Assembly: GCF_004010195.1 (NCBI RefSeq)
Contig: NC_057754.1
Span: forward strand, 11,600,008-11,664,007
Reading direction: 5' to 3'
DNA length: 64,000 nucleotides
From: Chiloscyllium plagiosum
Taxonomy: Eukaryota
Below, piece by piece: positions 25,748 through 39,220 of the stretch. Position numbers and translations under genes: made by a program. The notes beneath the pieces were generated by a model that was not told where the DNA came from, made no database searches, and saw only the letters and a program-made list of their open reading frames with translations. The stretch's first letter is position 1; the number at the start of each line of letters is the position of its first letter.

Positions 25748-26010
25748 TATAGAATCCCTACAGTTTGGAAACAGGCTATACGGCTCAACTGGTCCACAAC
25801 GATCCTCCGAAGAGCATAATACCCAGTCCCATTCCCCCACCCTGTTGGCCAGTCCACCCAACGTGCACATCTTTGGACTGTGGGAGGAAACCTACGCTGA
25901 CCTGGGGATAATGTGCAAACCTCACACAGACAGACACCCCAGGGTGGAATTTTACCCAGGTCCACAGTGCTGTGAGGCAGCAGTACAAAACACTGAGTCA
26001 TCATGCTTCC
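25748..26010 (-). mobile_element. HE1 SINE, degenerate
   Basis: HE1 reverse complement. Confidence 0.8.
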
Positions 26011-26998
26011 CATTTCAAGTCCAGTGACCTTTCTTAAATTCTTTGCTTCAATCCCCTCTGCCATCCAGCCCTAGGTGTCCAAAGACCTCTGGTTCTGTTC
26101 AGTCACATTAAGTCCCTCAGCTGAAACTCATAACCCTGTGTAAACGGTATCTTCAATTACAGGGTCAGTCAATGGCAGAGAGGGTCAATGTTCAACAGGT
26201 TGATGGTGCAGCTATTGTGACCCAGATCACAGGAGGACAGAGTGTTGTGATTCCTTTATTGATCGCGATGATCCCCCGGAGGGCTCGCCCAAAACAGAGT
26301 TGTGTCCTGTAACCCCTTTACAATCATTCATGAATAATGTTTCTGATCTGCCTTGCCCCAAACTATCAGAAGCGTGTTCAACTCTTATATTTTTTATGAT
26401 TGTGTCCTGTGTAGTTCAGCCTCAGATGATGACCAAAAAGAGATGAAATCAGTGGCTTTGGCATGGAGTTTGTAGCTTGTCTAAAGACACTGACTTCATT
26501 CTTCTAAATTCAGAACTGGATGTCACACAGGGCAGTATGGTGTGGGACATGGAAGTGATTTGGATGATAAGGTTGTTAACATACACCTGCTGCCAGGATT
26601 CTTATAGGAGGTTTAGGATTTTGTTTACAAAATTCCTTTTGTTGAACCATGGCAACACCATAACCTTGCTCTTTCTTGGTCTCTCCACTAATCCAAGCCA
26701 GATTCTGCTGTGGGTCCAGAAGGAGTGACATGTTTGTGATCCAGTTGAGTGTTCATGACAATCAGGCAGCTTTATGGTTCATGGGTTTTATCTCCAGAAA
26801 TTATAAGATTCATTGAGTTCAATTTACATTTCTGTCTTTGCGGGACCTCACTCATTCCCTTCTTTCTGTTTTCAATCATTTTTCCAGGATTTTGGAAGGG
26901 GAGAATTTACCATCAACAAATTCCAATTAAACATTACATCAGGATCTGACAGTGTCACCCAATGTTTGGTAACCTGAATATCTTTCTGGACTTTGAAC

Positions 26999-27865
26999 AT
27001 GGAAGGTAAAATCACCTTTCACAGTGGGGAAAAACTGTACTCATGTCCTCTGTGTGGACGAGGCTTCAGCCGATCGTCTGGTCTGTCCAGACACAAGTGC
27101 AGTCACATTGGGGAAAAACCGTGGAAATGTGTGGATTGTGGAAAGGGATTCAATTACCCATCTGACCTGGAAACGCATCGACGCAGTCACACTGGAGAGA
27201 GGCCATTCACTTGTCCTGAGTGTGGGAAGGGATTCACTCAGTTTTCTAACCTCTTATGTCATCAGAGAACTCACACTGGGGAGAGACCATTCACATGCAC
27301 AGAGTGTGGGAAGGGATTCACTCAGTCATCCCACCTGATGGCACATCAGCGAGTTCACACTGAGAATAGGTCATTCGGCCGGTCAGAGTGTGGGAAGGGA
27401 AGCACTCAGTCATCACACCAGCGAGTTCACAATGGCGAGAGATCATTCATCTGTTCTGAGTGTGGCAAGGGATTCACTCAGTCATCCCACCTGCTGAAAC
27501 ACCAGCGAGTTCACAGTGATGAAAGACCATTTCAATGCCTGCATTGTGGGAAATGCTTTAAAAGTTCTGCTGAATTGGTCAGCCATCAACGTGTTCACAC
27601 TGATGAGAAACCATTCAGATGCTCTTACTGTGGGACTGGGTTCAGGAAATCATCTCATCTCATTGTGCACCAGCGAATTCACACTGGGGAGAGGCCATTC
27701 AGCTGCCCCGAGTGTGGGAAAAGATTCAATAATTTGTCCAATCTGCTGAAGCACCAGCGTATTCACACCGGGGAGAGACCCTTCACCTGCTCAGAGTGCG
27801 GTAAAGGATTTACTCAGTCATCCAATCTGTTGAGACATAAGCAAGTTCACAAGCAGCTACCATGA
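26999..27865 (+). CDS. C2H2 (Kruppel-type) zinc-finger protein, 288 aa, 9 intact plus 1 degenerate finger, no KRAB
   Basis: Open frame with repeated CxxC..HxxxH and TGERP linkers; acceptor tttttccag at 26887; ATG at 26999 in aacATGg. Confidence 0.93.
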   Translation: MEGKITFHSGEKLYSCPLCGRGFSRSSGLSRHKCSHIGEKPWKCVDCGKGFNYPSDLETHRRSHTGERPFTCPECGKGFTQFSNLLCHQRTHTGERPFTCTECGKGFTQSSHLMAHQRVHTENRSFGRSECGKGSTQSSHQRVHNGERSFICSECGKGFTQSSHLLKHQRVHSDERPFQCLHCGKCFKSSAELVSHQRVHTDEKPFRCSYCGTGFRKSSHLIVHQRIHTGERPFSCPECGKRFNNLSNLLKHQRIHTGERPFTCSECGKGFTQSSNLLRHKQVHKQLP

Positions 27866-28257
27866 CTGGTTTTGCTGTTACTCACAATCAGGACTGAACC
27901 CTGTGAAATGGAGTCTGTGTCAGCTGATGATCACCACCTCCAGCCCAGCTCTTGGTGTTAACTTTCTGGATAAAGTGAAATCAATTCAGCTTTGCTTTAA
28001 GTATTAGCATACACGTATGGAGATGGAGGTCTGAAATACAAACAAAGCATTGGAGAAACTCAGTACATCTGACAGCATTTGTGAAGAGGGAAAAATAATT
28101 AATGTTTCAAGTCTAATCTACTCTTCCTTGACACTGAAGGGGAACTAGGAAAATAATGGTATTTATGCTGGAGAAACAGAGGTGGGGGGCTTTGGGGGGT
28201 GGGAGCAAGTGGAAGATTGTATGGGTGTTCAGAATGCCAGTGATGGTTGTATTGAAT

Positions 28258-28596
28258 CATAGAATCTCTACTGTGTGGAAACAGGCCATTAGGCCCAACA
28301 AGACCACACCGACTCGCCGAAAAGTATTCCACCCAAACCCATTCCCCTACCCTATTACTGTACATTTCCCTGACTAATGCACTTAGCCTACACATTCCTG
28401 AAGATTATTGGGCAATTTGGCATGGCCAATTCACCTAACCTGCACATCTTTGGACAGTGGGAGGAAACTGGAACACCAGGAGCAAACCCACACAATCACA
28501 GGCAAACTCCACACAGTCACCCAAGCCAGGAAATCAAACCTGAGTCCCTGGTGCTACGAGGCAGCAGTACTAACCACTGAGCCAGTGTGCCACCCT
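28258..28596 (-). mobile_element. HE1 SINE
   Basis: HE1 reverse complement. Confidence 0.85.
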
Positions 28597-28999
28597 AGGA
28601 GAGGAGGTGAGAGTGGTAAGTGTATAGCAGAAAATAGGTCAGCTCTGCTGAGAGCAAACCCGAGTAAACAGGACACTGGGAGGGTGTCAGCGGGAAGGGA
28701 GGTGAATTGAAATAGAGTTTCTGGTGTTTTTGCTCCCAGTTTGCTTTCTCATATCAGTCCTGTTCACCTCCTGTGCGCGCACTGACCTACATTGGCTTCA
28801 GGTCAAGTGATGGCTCAGTTTAAAATTTCTTGATTTCAAATCACCCATGGCCTTCCCCCTGCCATGTAGAGAACAGAGGGGTTAGTACAGCTCAGGCTAT
28901 ATTCTCCCATAGGCTCACCTCTCCCTATCCCTGTGATGTGGGGAATGAGGAGTTAATACAGATATTTTATTTATGTGAGTGATCTTTATGTAACCTGAG

Positions 29000-30015
29000 C
29001 CATGAACTGATTACAATGAGAATACTTCCTAAAAGTGAGGAATTTTATGCATTGGATCAAGGACTGACAGGCAGAAAGCACATGCTGTTCTCACGTTACT
29101 GAGATTAAGCTTGGCTTCAGATACTGGGATTGACATACCCCGTTCCAACATAAACTGGACAGGAAACTTGGGAAACAACAGTCTTAGACTGTAGTTAAAC
29201 TCATGTGGAATATTCTTGTGTTGGTGGAGTGGGCAGGTAGGTGGCAGATGAGATTCAGTGCAGGGAAGTGTAAGGTAATGCATTCTGGTCACAAGAATTT
29301 GGAAAGATAATCGAAAATAGAAGGTACAATTCAAACAATGCGGTAGCAGAAGGACGTGGATGTACATGTGCATCACTGAAGGTGGCAGGACTGAGTGAGA
29401 AATGAATAAAAGATGCAATATTTTCAGCTTTATAGAATAGAGTAGAATAGAATACAAAAGCAGGGAGGTGATGTTGAAATTGTATACAAGACTCTAATTT
29501 AGACCTCACCTGGAGATTGTGTAGTCATCGCCACCAAGTTATAGGAAAAGTATGAATGTATTGGAGCAAGTGCTGAAGTGCTTTACAAGAATGCTTCTAG
29601 GAATGGGAAGCATCAGTTATGGTGATAGATTAAAGAAGGTGGAACTGTTCTCCTTGAAGAGGAGAAGGCTGAGATGAGATTGATGAAAGTTTTCAAAATT
29701 AGAAGCCTACTGAATAGAAATAGGTAAGAAGTTCTTCCCACTTGTGAATTGGGAAACAAAAAGGAGAGCATATAAATTTAAAGTGACATGCAAAAGAAGC
29801 AAAGTGACATGAGAAAAAGCTTTGTCACACAGTGAATGGTCAAGGTGTGGAAGGCACTGCCTGGAAATGTAGCAGAGGCAGGTTCCATTGAGGCTTATTT
29901 GGATAGACCTGATGTACAGACATATGGAGTAAAGCCAGTAAATTAGCTGTAGAGAATAGAAGTGATGTTGGCATGATGACTCCAATGGCCTCTTTTTGTG
30001 CTGAAACAATTCTTT
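29000..30015 (+). mobile_element. Degenerate CR1 3' portion
   Basis: Residual WQM and LYKTLIRPHLE motifs plus 3'UTR. Confidence 0.7.
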
Positions 30016-30579
30016 GATTCTGTGAAGTAAATTATAATGAAATGTGTTCAAATGGAACTGGCATACAGTGTGATGCAGCATCAGAAATGGGAAATGTACT
30101 GAAACTGGTGGAACAGTGCAACAGAGATTGAGAGTCTATCCTGAAGAGATTCAGAAAGGAACTATTGAGGTGGAATAGTCTGGAATAAGTTATAGAAATG
30201 TCATAGAGATGTACAGTAGGAAGCAGACTCTTCGGTCTAACTCGTCCACGCTGACCAGATATCTGAAACTAATTAAGTCTCAATTGTCACAAACCCTTCT
30301 AAATCCTTCCTATTTATGCACTGATCCAGATGCTTTTAAACGTTGATCGTCTTGTTCGCATTTGTGTGCTTTACAGCTGAATAAAGAGTTATGGCAATTA
30401 GTACGTCAGTTGTAAAAGAGAAGTGGTGGATAGCGAGAAGTACTGTTGTACTACATCAGAGTGCATTACACAAGCGAAAAATCCATTATTAAACTGATCA
30501 CTGGAGCTAGAAATTAATTTACAGACAGAAAATAGCAGAATATGTGAGAAAATGAAACAGACCATCGAAAAGAATCCCA

Positions 30580-30856
30580 CAGACCATTAGGCCCAACAAA
30601 TTCACACCGAATTTCCAAAGAGTAACCCCCCCCAACCCATTCCTCTACCCTATTACCCTATGTTTACCCCAATTAATGCACCTAACCTACAATTATGGGC
30701 AATTTAGCATGGCCAATTCACCTAACCTGCACATCTTTGGATCGTGGGAGGAAACTCATGCAAACCCCACACAGACAGCCACTCGAGGTGGAAATTGAAC
30801 TCAGGTCCCAGGTGTTGTGAGGGAACAGTGCTAACCACTGAGCGACCATGCTGCCC
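30580..30856 (-). mobile_element. HE1 SINE
   Basis: HE1 reverse complement. Confidence 0.85.
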
Positions 30857-31792
30857 TCTGCTCCACTCTCTACGTGTCGCTGAAAACAGTGTGTGTCAGG
30901 TACAACATCTCAACAACAAACAAAACTAGCACTGGTGGCCTTGCACTTTGCTGGACTAATGTAATTCAAAGTTCTTCACCTCTGCTCTGTCTCCCCTATG
31001 TTCTAAGTGAGCATTTGGTCACAGGAGCTAAGGTCAGAAAACAGACAATGTCAAGGATTTAAAGGAATGGTGAAGGTCAGAGAGGAGCTGAGGGAAGAGC
31101 TAATTAGGACCTCACAAAATCGAACAGCCCCCATGAAGAACCCAAACGTATTCGCAGACAGATTTCATTGCTGTTACTGTGAGACTAAAGAGGGGAAAGG
31201 CAAGGATGGTAATGATGGAGGCCAACTGTAAATAATATTAATTGATACTATCCATGATCGTTGCCCTGACTCTAAGAAGGAAGAGAAAATGAGGTCTGCA
31301 GATGCATTTCCATCTAAGAAGGAAGATCTTGACTAAGCTGTCCTTTACATTTCAATTCACTGTTAAAGCAGGCTGTTGTTTGCAACATCAAAAAACAAAA
31401 TTGGTTTGAGGGATAACTTGTAAAGTTTGGAAACAGTTGACATTAAGGCTGCATAACTGGCTCAAATTCTTTCCCAGTCTGTTTACTGGAACACTCTCAC
31501 TAGGTGTCTGTGTGTCAGTGCTTTTCTAGTCATACTGATGTTTGAGATGTTCCCTTACTAACAGATCAGATAAATACATTGAAAGGTTACATTCAGGTCC
31601 TGATGATTCAAGTAACTCTCTCAAATTGCAGTATGATTTATGATTTGAGTTTTCCATCAACAAATCCTTTCTTTCTATTGCACTGGAAAAGAAATTGTGT
31701 CCAGACAAATCCAGGCTTTGTTGAACATTTTCCCCTCAAAGTTATAAATCCATGTCCCACATTCTCCCTACTTTTTCTGCCATAATTCTACA

Positions 31793-33260
31793 ACATAGAA
31801 CAGTGCACCACAGTACAGGACTTTCGGCCCTAGATGTTGTACTGACCTTTATCCTACTCTAAGATCAAACTAACCTACATACCCTTCCTTTTACTATCAT
31901 CCATGTGCTTATCCAAGAGTTGCTTAAATGTCCGAATGTATCTGACTCTACTACAACCGCTGGCAGTGCAATGCACACACCCATCACTCTCTGTACAAGG
32001 AACCGATCTCTGACATCTCCCCTAAACCTTCCTCCAATCACCTTAAAATTATTTACCCCTGCGATAGCCATTTCTGCCCAGGGAAAAAGTCACTGACTAT
32101 TCACTCTGTCTATGCCTCTCATATTGTACACCACTATCAAGTCACCTCTTATCCTTCTTTGCTCCAATAAGAAAAGCACTAGCTCCCTCAACCTTTCTTC
32201 ATAAGACATGCCCTCCAGTCCAGGCAGCATCCTGGTAAATATCGTCTGCACCCTCTCTAAAGCTTCCACATTGTTCCTATAATGAGGTGAACATGTCTGA
32301 ACACAATAATCCAAATGTGGTCTAACTAGGGGTTTATAGAGTTGCAGGTTAACCACGTGGCTCTTAAATTCGATTCCCCTGCTAGTCAACGCCAACACAC
32401 CATACACTTTCTTAACAACCCTATCAACTTGGCTGGCAAATTTGAGGGATCTATGGACATGGACCCCAAGATTGCTCTGTTCCTCCACACTGCCAAGAAT
32501 CTTGCCTTTAAATCTGGAATCTATATTCAAACTTAACTTTCCAAAATGAATAACTTGACACTTTTCCAGGTTGAACTCCATCTGCCACTTCTTAGTCCAG
32601 TTCTGTATCCTGTATTCAATATCCCGTTGCAACCTAGAACAGCCCTCCGCCACTCCACCAATCTTTGTGTCATTGGCAAACTTACTAACCCAACCTTCCA
32701 TTTCCTCATCCAAGTCATTTTTAAAAGTCACAAAGAGCAGAGGTCCCAGAACAGATCCCTGTAGAACACCTTTGGTAAACAAGCTCCAGGCCGAATACTT
32801 TCTATTTACGACAATCCTCTGTCTTCTATGGGCCAGCCAATTCTGTATCCAGCCAGCCAAATTTCTCTGCATTCTATGCCTCCTCACTTTTTGCATGAGC
32901 CTACCATGAGAAACCTTATCAAATGCTTGTTAAAATCCATGTACACAATATCCACTGCTCTACTTTCATGAATGTGTTTTGTCACATCCTCAAATAATTC
33001 CATAAGACTTGTGAGGAATGATCTGCCCCTCAAAACGCCATGCTGACTATCTCTAATCAAACTATGGTTTTCCAAGTAATCATAATAAGGGAATAATATT
33101 TGCCACCCTCTAATCATCTGGCACTGCTCAAGTGGACAGTGAGGATGCAAAAATCGTAACCAAAGGCACAGCAAACTCTTACCTCGCTTCCTGTAGTAAT
33201 CTTGGTTATATCCATTCTGGCCCAGAGAACTTATCTATCCTTAAGTTTTTCAAATTCTTT
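31793..33260 (-). mobile_element. CR1 LINE fragment
   Basis: 268-aa RT ORF 32090-32896 (QGSVLGP, SKFAND). Confidence 0.9.
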
Positions 33261-33566
33261 CTGAAACTTTCTTTTAAATGTGCATCTAGAGACAGAAATA
33301 CGTTTGATAACTCACTGTAATACAAACATTGCTTGTCCTTGAGAAAGCATACAGATGATCATACATTAGATCCATATTCATAACTGACTGTGTGCAAGTT
33401 CAATGAGCAATTGTGATTCACCGAATTGTAAAGGCACAGAAGGAGGCCATTCAAAGCATTGTGGCAGTACAGTGCTCCAAATATGCTTGCTGACTTGTGC
33501 CATTTCCCTGACTTCTCCCTGAAACCCTGTACATAGTGTCTAATCAAATAATCACCTATTGACCTT

Positions 33567-34725
33567 GGTGAAAGTGAGGATCTCAGATGCTGGAGAATAG
33601 AGTCAAAAAGTGTGGCGCTGGAAAAGCACAGCAGGTCTGGCAGCATCTGAGGAGCAGGACAGTCGATGTTTCGGGCATAGTCATTGAAGGGAGTTTCTTG
33701 AAATGGAGAAAGGTGACCAGTCGTGCTCCACAGGAGTCGGTGTTGGGTCCACTGTTGTTCGTAATATACATAAATGATCTGGAATAGGGCACTGTTGGTA
33801 TGATCAGCAAGTTTGCAGATGCACAAAGATTGGTGGAGTAGCAGAAAGCAAAAGGGATTGTCGGAGAATACAGGAGGATATAGATAGACTGGAGAGTTGG
33901 GCGGAAAAGTGGCAGATGGTTTTCAAGCCAGACAAATGTGAGGTGATGCATTTAGGCAAGACTAATTCTAGAGCAAATTAAATAATGGACGGAAGAGCCT
34001 TGGGAAAAGTTGGTGGGCAGAGAGATCTAGGAGTTCAGGTCCATTGTACCCTGAAGGTTGCTGCACAGGTGGATAGAGTGGTCAAGAAGGCATATAGTAT
34101 GCTTGCATTCATTGGATGGGGTATTGAGTATAAGAGCTGGTAAGTCATGTTAAAATTGTACAAGACATTGGTTCGGCTGCATTTAGAATACTGTGTACAG
34201 TTCTGGTCGCCACATTACCAAAAGGATGTGGACGCTTTGGAGAGGGTGCAGAGAAGGTTTATGAGGATGTTGCCTGGTATGGAAAGTGCTAGCTATGAAG
34301 AGCGGTTGAGTACGTTAGGTTTATTTTCATTAGAAAAAAGGAGATTGAGGCGGGACAGATTGAGGTTTACAAATCATGAAGGGTATAGACAGGGTGGATA
34401 GAGACAAGCTTTTTACCAGGGTGAAGGATTCAATAACGAGAGGTGGAAAGTTTTTAAGGGGGATACACTTGGCAAGTACTTCACACAGAGGGTAGTGGGC
34501 ATTTGGAATGTGTTGTCAGCAGAGGTGGTAGAGGTAGGCACAGTAGATTCATTTAAGATGAGTCTGGACAAATGCATGAGTCGGTGGGGAGTCGAGGGAT
34601 ACAGATGCTTAGGAATTGACCGACAGGTTTAGACAGTACATTTGGATCGGCTCAGGCTTGGAGGGCCGAAGGGCCGAAGGGCCTGTTCCTGGGCTGTAAA
34701 TTTCCTTTGTTCTCTTTGTTCTTTG
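33567..34725 (+). mobile_element. CR1 3' fragment preceded by an inverted PLE end (33567-33678)
   Basis: LYKTLVRLHLEYCVQFWSP; ctttgtt tail; PLE arm gaaagtgaggatctcagatgc...tttcgggcata. Confidence 0.85.
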
Positions 34726-35439
34726 TAATTTATTTGACATCTACACTCTTATTCTCAATGCTTTTACCAGTGGGAACAGTTTCTAACTACTCTGTATAGG
34801 TCCGTCATGATAACCGGCGTCCCTACTGGCCGTTAAACCGGGGTCTGATTTCAGAAGAAAATGTGCAGCTTACTTATACTCTGAGCAAAACACCAAACCG
34901 TTTTATTGAGGTCGATACTGCATATTTGTGAACCTTGCAACCTCCGTCTCTACCATCTCCATTCTTCAGTCCGTCCTGTGCACACTGAGTACACGACACA
35001 CACAAGATTGACAAGGTTTTCTGACCAATAGGAATGCAAAAGGATGTTCCAGTTCCAGAATCCATGCGTTTTTCTGGCTATGGATGTGCACATTTGTATA
35101 TCAGCTTCTTCTGAAAAATCACCAACGTAGAAATATCAGATCAAGAGTAGGCCATTCGGCCCTTCCTGCTTGCTTTGGCTTCAATAAGGTTATGGTCATC
35201 ATACTCAGTGCCCTGCTCTCGCTTTAGCATCAGACAAGCTGTTCAAATATAACCACAATATTTACATTGAAGCAGCATTTAATAGAAAATAGTCAGGTTA
35301 TGTCAAGTCCACAAAAGCAGACAAATCCAACCCCACCCATTACCGAACCCCTGTCAATCTACACTCTTATCATCAGCAAATTGATGGAAGGCAGTAACAA
35401 CAGTGCGATCAGGCTGTACTCAGTGATAACCAGCTCACT

Positions 35440-36270
35440 CTGAGAAAGTGAGGACTGCAGATGCTGTGAGATTAGAGTTTAAAAAAAATGTGCTGGAAAA
35501 GCATAGCAGGTCAGGCAGCATCTGACGGAACAGGAGAGTCGAAGTTTCGAGCATAAGCTCTTCTTCAGGAATTGGAGGCTCTAAGGGGCCTGAGAGATAA
35601 ATGGGAGGGGGTGGGGCTGGGGAGAAGGGAGCTGGGAATTGATGCTAGATAAGGATCCTTCTACATTGGACAGAGATTTTCCTGCATCTCGACACACGTC
35701 ACCTCCTGTGTCAGTTGCTCTCTATGTGGTCTCGTCTACATTGGGGAGACAGGATACCAACTTGCAGAATGTTTCAGAGAATATTTCTGAGACACACACA
35801 CTAAACAATCCCACTGCCCTGTGGCCGACCACTTCAACTCCCTGTCCCACTCTGCAAAGGACATGCAAGTCCTGGACCCCCTCCACTACCAAATTCTCGC
35901 CACCTGATGCCTGGAGGAAGAAGACCTCATTTCTGCTTGGGACCCCCAACCACTCAGAATCAATGTGTATTTCACCAGTTTCCTCATCTCCCCTCCCCCC
36001 ACCTTATCCCACATCTAACCTTCCAACTCATCATCACCCTCTTGAACTGTCCTACCCCTCCATCTTCCTTTCCACCTGTCGTTCCACTGTCCACTCCGAC
36101 CTATCACCATTACCCCCAACCTTCATCGACCTATTGCATTCCCAGCTACTTGACCCCCAGACCCACATCTCTCCCATTTATCTCTCAACTCACCTCACAT
36201 TCCCAATGAAGAGATTATGCTTGAAATGCTGCCTTACCGGATGTGCTTTACCAGCACCACACTTTTTGAC
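35440..36270 (+). mobile_element. Penelope-like fragment with inverted end
   Basis: GLVYIGET...PVADHFN GIY-YIG remnant; inverted family-B arm 35441-35640; cagtgataaccagctcact / caataaccagctcact flanks. Confidence 0.75.
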
Positions 36271-36329
36271 AATAACCAGCTCACTAATTCATGTTCCATC
36301 AGAGCCTCTCAACTGTTGTCATCATTATG

Positions 36330-39220
36330 GAATTAATCCAACATTGGCAAAACACTGAACTATCTAACGACAATTTAAATGCCCTTAAAGTTGGCAAGTC
36401 TACTACTACTGCTGCAGTCAGTGCAATCCACACCCCTACTACTCCGACAGATGTCGGAGTAAAGAAACTACCTCCGACATCTGTCCTATATCTATCACCC
36501 CTCAATTTAAAGCTATGTCCCCTCATGTTAGTCATCACCATCAGACAAAAAAGGCTCTCACTGTCCACCCTATCTAACCCTCTGATTATCTGAAATGTCT
36601 CAATTATGTCACCTCTCAACCTTCTTCTTTCTAATGAAATGAGCCTCAATTCTCTCAGTCTTTCCTCATAGACCTTCCCTCTGTTCCAGGCAACATTCTA
36701 GTAAATCTCCTCTGAACCCTTACCAAAGCTTCCCTCCTATAATGCGGTGACCAGAACTGTACGCAATACTCAAAATGTGACCACACCACAGTTTTTGTAC
36801 AGCTGCAGCAAGATCTCATGGTTCTGAAACTCAATACCAATAAAAGCTAACACACCATATGCCTTCTTAAGAACCCTATCAACCTGGGTTCAAGGACAAC
36901 TTTCAAGGATCTGTGTACCTGGACACTGAGATCTCTCCGCTCATCTACACTACCAAGAATCTTACCCTTAGCTGTAGTTTACCATTAGTTTACAAGATTC
37001 CATGCAAAGACTGCACAAAACACTATATAGAACAAACAGGCAGATAAGTAGCAATCTGCATTCATGAACACCAGCTAGTCACTAAACACCACTACCAGCT
37101 GTCCCTAGTAGCTATACACAGAGATGACAAGGATCATAAATTCAACTGAGATAACACAATGATAACAGGACAAGCTAAACAGAGGGCAGCCAGCCAATTT
37201 CTAGAGGCATGACACTCATCCATTGGCTCTATCAATAAAAACATTGACCTAGACTCAATATACCGACCATTGCCACGAACAAACAGAACCGACAACCGGA
37301 AGCTGCAGGAACAGAACCAAATAAATTCCAGAAGACACAGTTCAGCAGCGCTTCTCAGGAGCTACAAAGCACTGAGGATTTCACCTAGAACAGGGGACAA
37401 AACATCTGCGAACCAACTTCCCAGCTCGGTGAACATACCCACAACTACAGCAACTGGGATCCGAGCTACAAGAACCATGGCACCAGAACTGTATGCAGTA
37501 TTCCAAGTATGGCCGGACCAAAGTCTTATACAACTGGAACATGACTTGCCAACTCTTGTACTCAATACCCCACCTAATGAAGGAAAGCATACGTTATGCC
37601 TCCACTGACCTGCGTTGCCACCTTCAGGGAACAATGAACCCGAACATCCAGATCTCTCTGCACATCAATTTTCCTCAGGACTTTTCCTGTATAGTTCGTT
37701 CTCGAATTGGATCTTCCAAAATGCACCACCTCACATTTGTCTGGAGGAACTCCATCTGCCATTTCTCTGCCCAACTCTCCAATCTATCTATATTTTGCAG
37801 AATTCTCTGACAGTCCCCTTCACTATCTGCTACTCAACCAATCTTAGTGTAATCTGCAAACTTGCTAATGAGGCAACCTGTACCTTCCTCCAAAACATTT
37901 ATGTATCTCACAAACAACAGTGGTCCCAGCATGGATCTCTGTGGAACACCACTGGTCACAGGTCTCCATTCTAAGAAGGTCCCTTCCACTACTACTACGC
38001 TTTGTCTCCTGTTGTCCAAACAGTTCTCTATCCATCTAGCTAGAACACCCTGCCACCCATGCGACTTCACATTCTCCATCAGCCTACCATCGGGAACTTT
38101 ATCAAATGCCTTACTAAGGTTCATTTATATGACCTCTGCATCCCTTCCCTCATCAATCAACTTTGTCACCTCTTCAAAGAATTCTCTTAGGTTTGTAACA
38201 CATGACCTTCTCTGCACAAAATATTGCTGCCTATCACTGATAAGTCCATTTTCTTCCAAATGGGTATATATCCTATCCCCTCAGTATCTTCTCCAGCAGC
38301 TTCCCTACCACTGACGTCAGGCTCACAGGTCTATAATTACCTGGATTATCCCTGCTACTCTTCTTAAATAAGGGAACAACATTAACAATTCTCCAGTCCT
38401 TTGAGATCTCAACCGTGTTCAAGAATGCTTCAAAGATATGTGTTAAAGCCCCAGCTATTTCCTCTCTCGCTTCCCTCATTAATCTGGGATGGATCTCATC
38501 TGGACCTGTGGATTTGTCCACCTTAATGCCTTTTAGAATACCTCACACTTCCTCCCAATCACTTTGCCAACTTGACCTAGAGTAAGCAAAGATTTATCCC
38601 TAACCCCAACATTTGCCATGTTTCTCTCCTCAGTGAATACCGATGCAAAATACTCATTAAGAATCTCACCCATTTTCTCTTACTCCATGGATATTTTTCC
38701 TCCTTTATCCTTGAGTGGGCCAATCCTTTCCCTAGTTACACTCTTGCTCCTTCTATATGAATAAAAGGCTTTGTGGTTTTCTTCAATCCTGCTCGCTGAG
38801 GATATCTCATGACCCCTTTTAGCCTTAATTCCTCATTTCAAATTGGTGCTACATTCCCGATATTCTTCCAAAGCTTCGTCTGTCTTCAGTGGCCTAAACC
38901 TTATGTACACATCCTTTCTCCTCTTGGCTAGTCTCAACTTCAACCGTCATCCATGGTTCCCTAATCTTGCCATTTCTATCCCTAATTTTCAAAGGAACAT
39001 AGCTCTCCTGAAATCCAATCAACCTCTCTTTAAAAGCCTCCAACATGTCAAATGTGGATTTCCCTTCAAACAACTGCTCCCAATCTACATTCCCCAGCTC
39101 CTGCCAAATTTTGGTACAGTTGGCCTTCCCCCAATTTAGCACTCTTCCTTTTGAATCACTGTAGTCTTTATCCATGAGCATTCTAAAACTTATGGAATTG
39201 TGATCAATATTCCCAAAGCC
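36330..39220 (-). mobile_element. CR1 fragments (36330-36975 and 37480-39220)
   Basis: NYRPVSLTS, KAFDKVP, SGVPQ, SKFAD. Confidence 0.85.
37000..37478 (+). mobile_element. Penelope-like element 3' part (family E, GIY-YIG C-terminus)
   Basis: HKFN*DNTMITGQAKQRAASQFLEA*HS..SINK; hammerhead-like ctgaggatttcacctagaacaggggacaaaacatc. Confidence 0.75.

Noticed and set aside
25484..25819. 111-aa ORF in the ZF first intron
   Set aside because: No recognisable domain and it runs into an HE1 SINE
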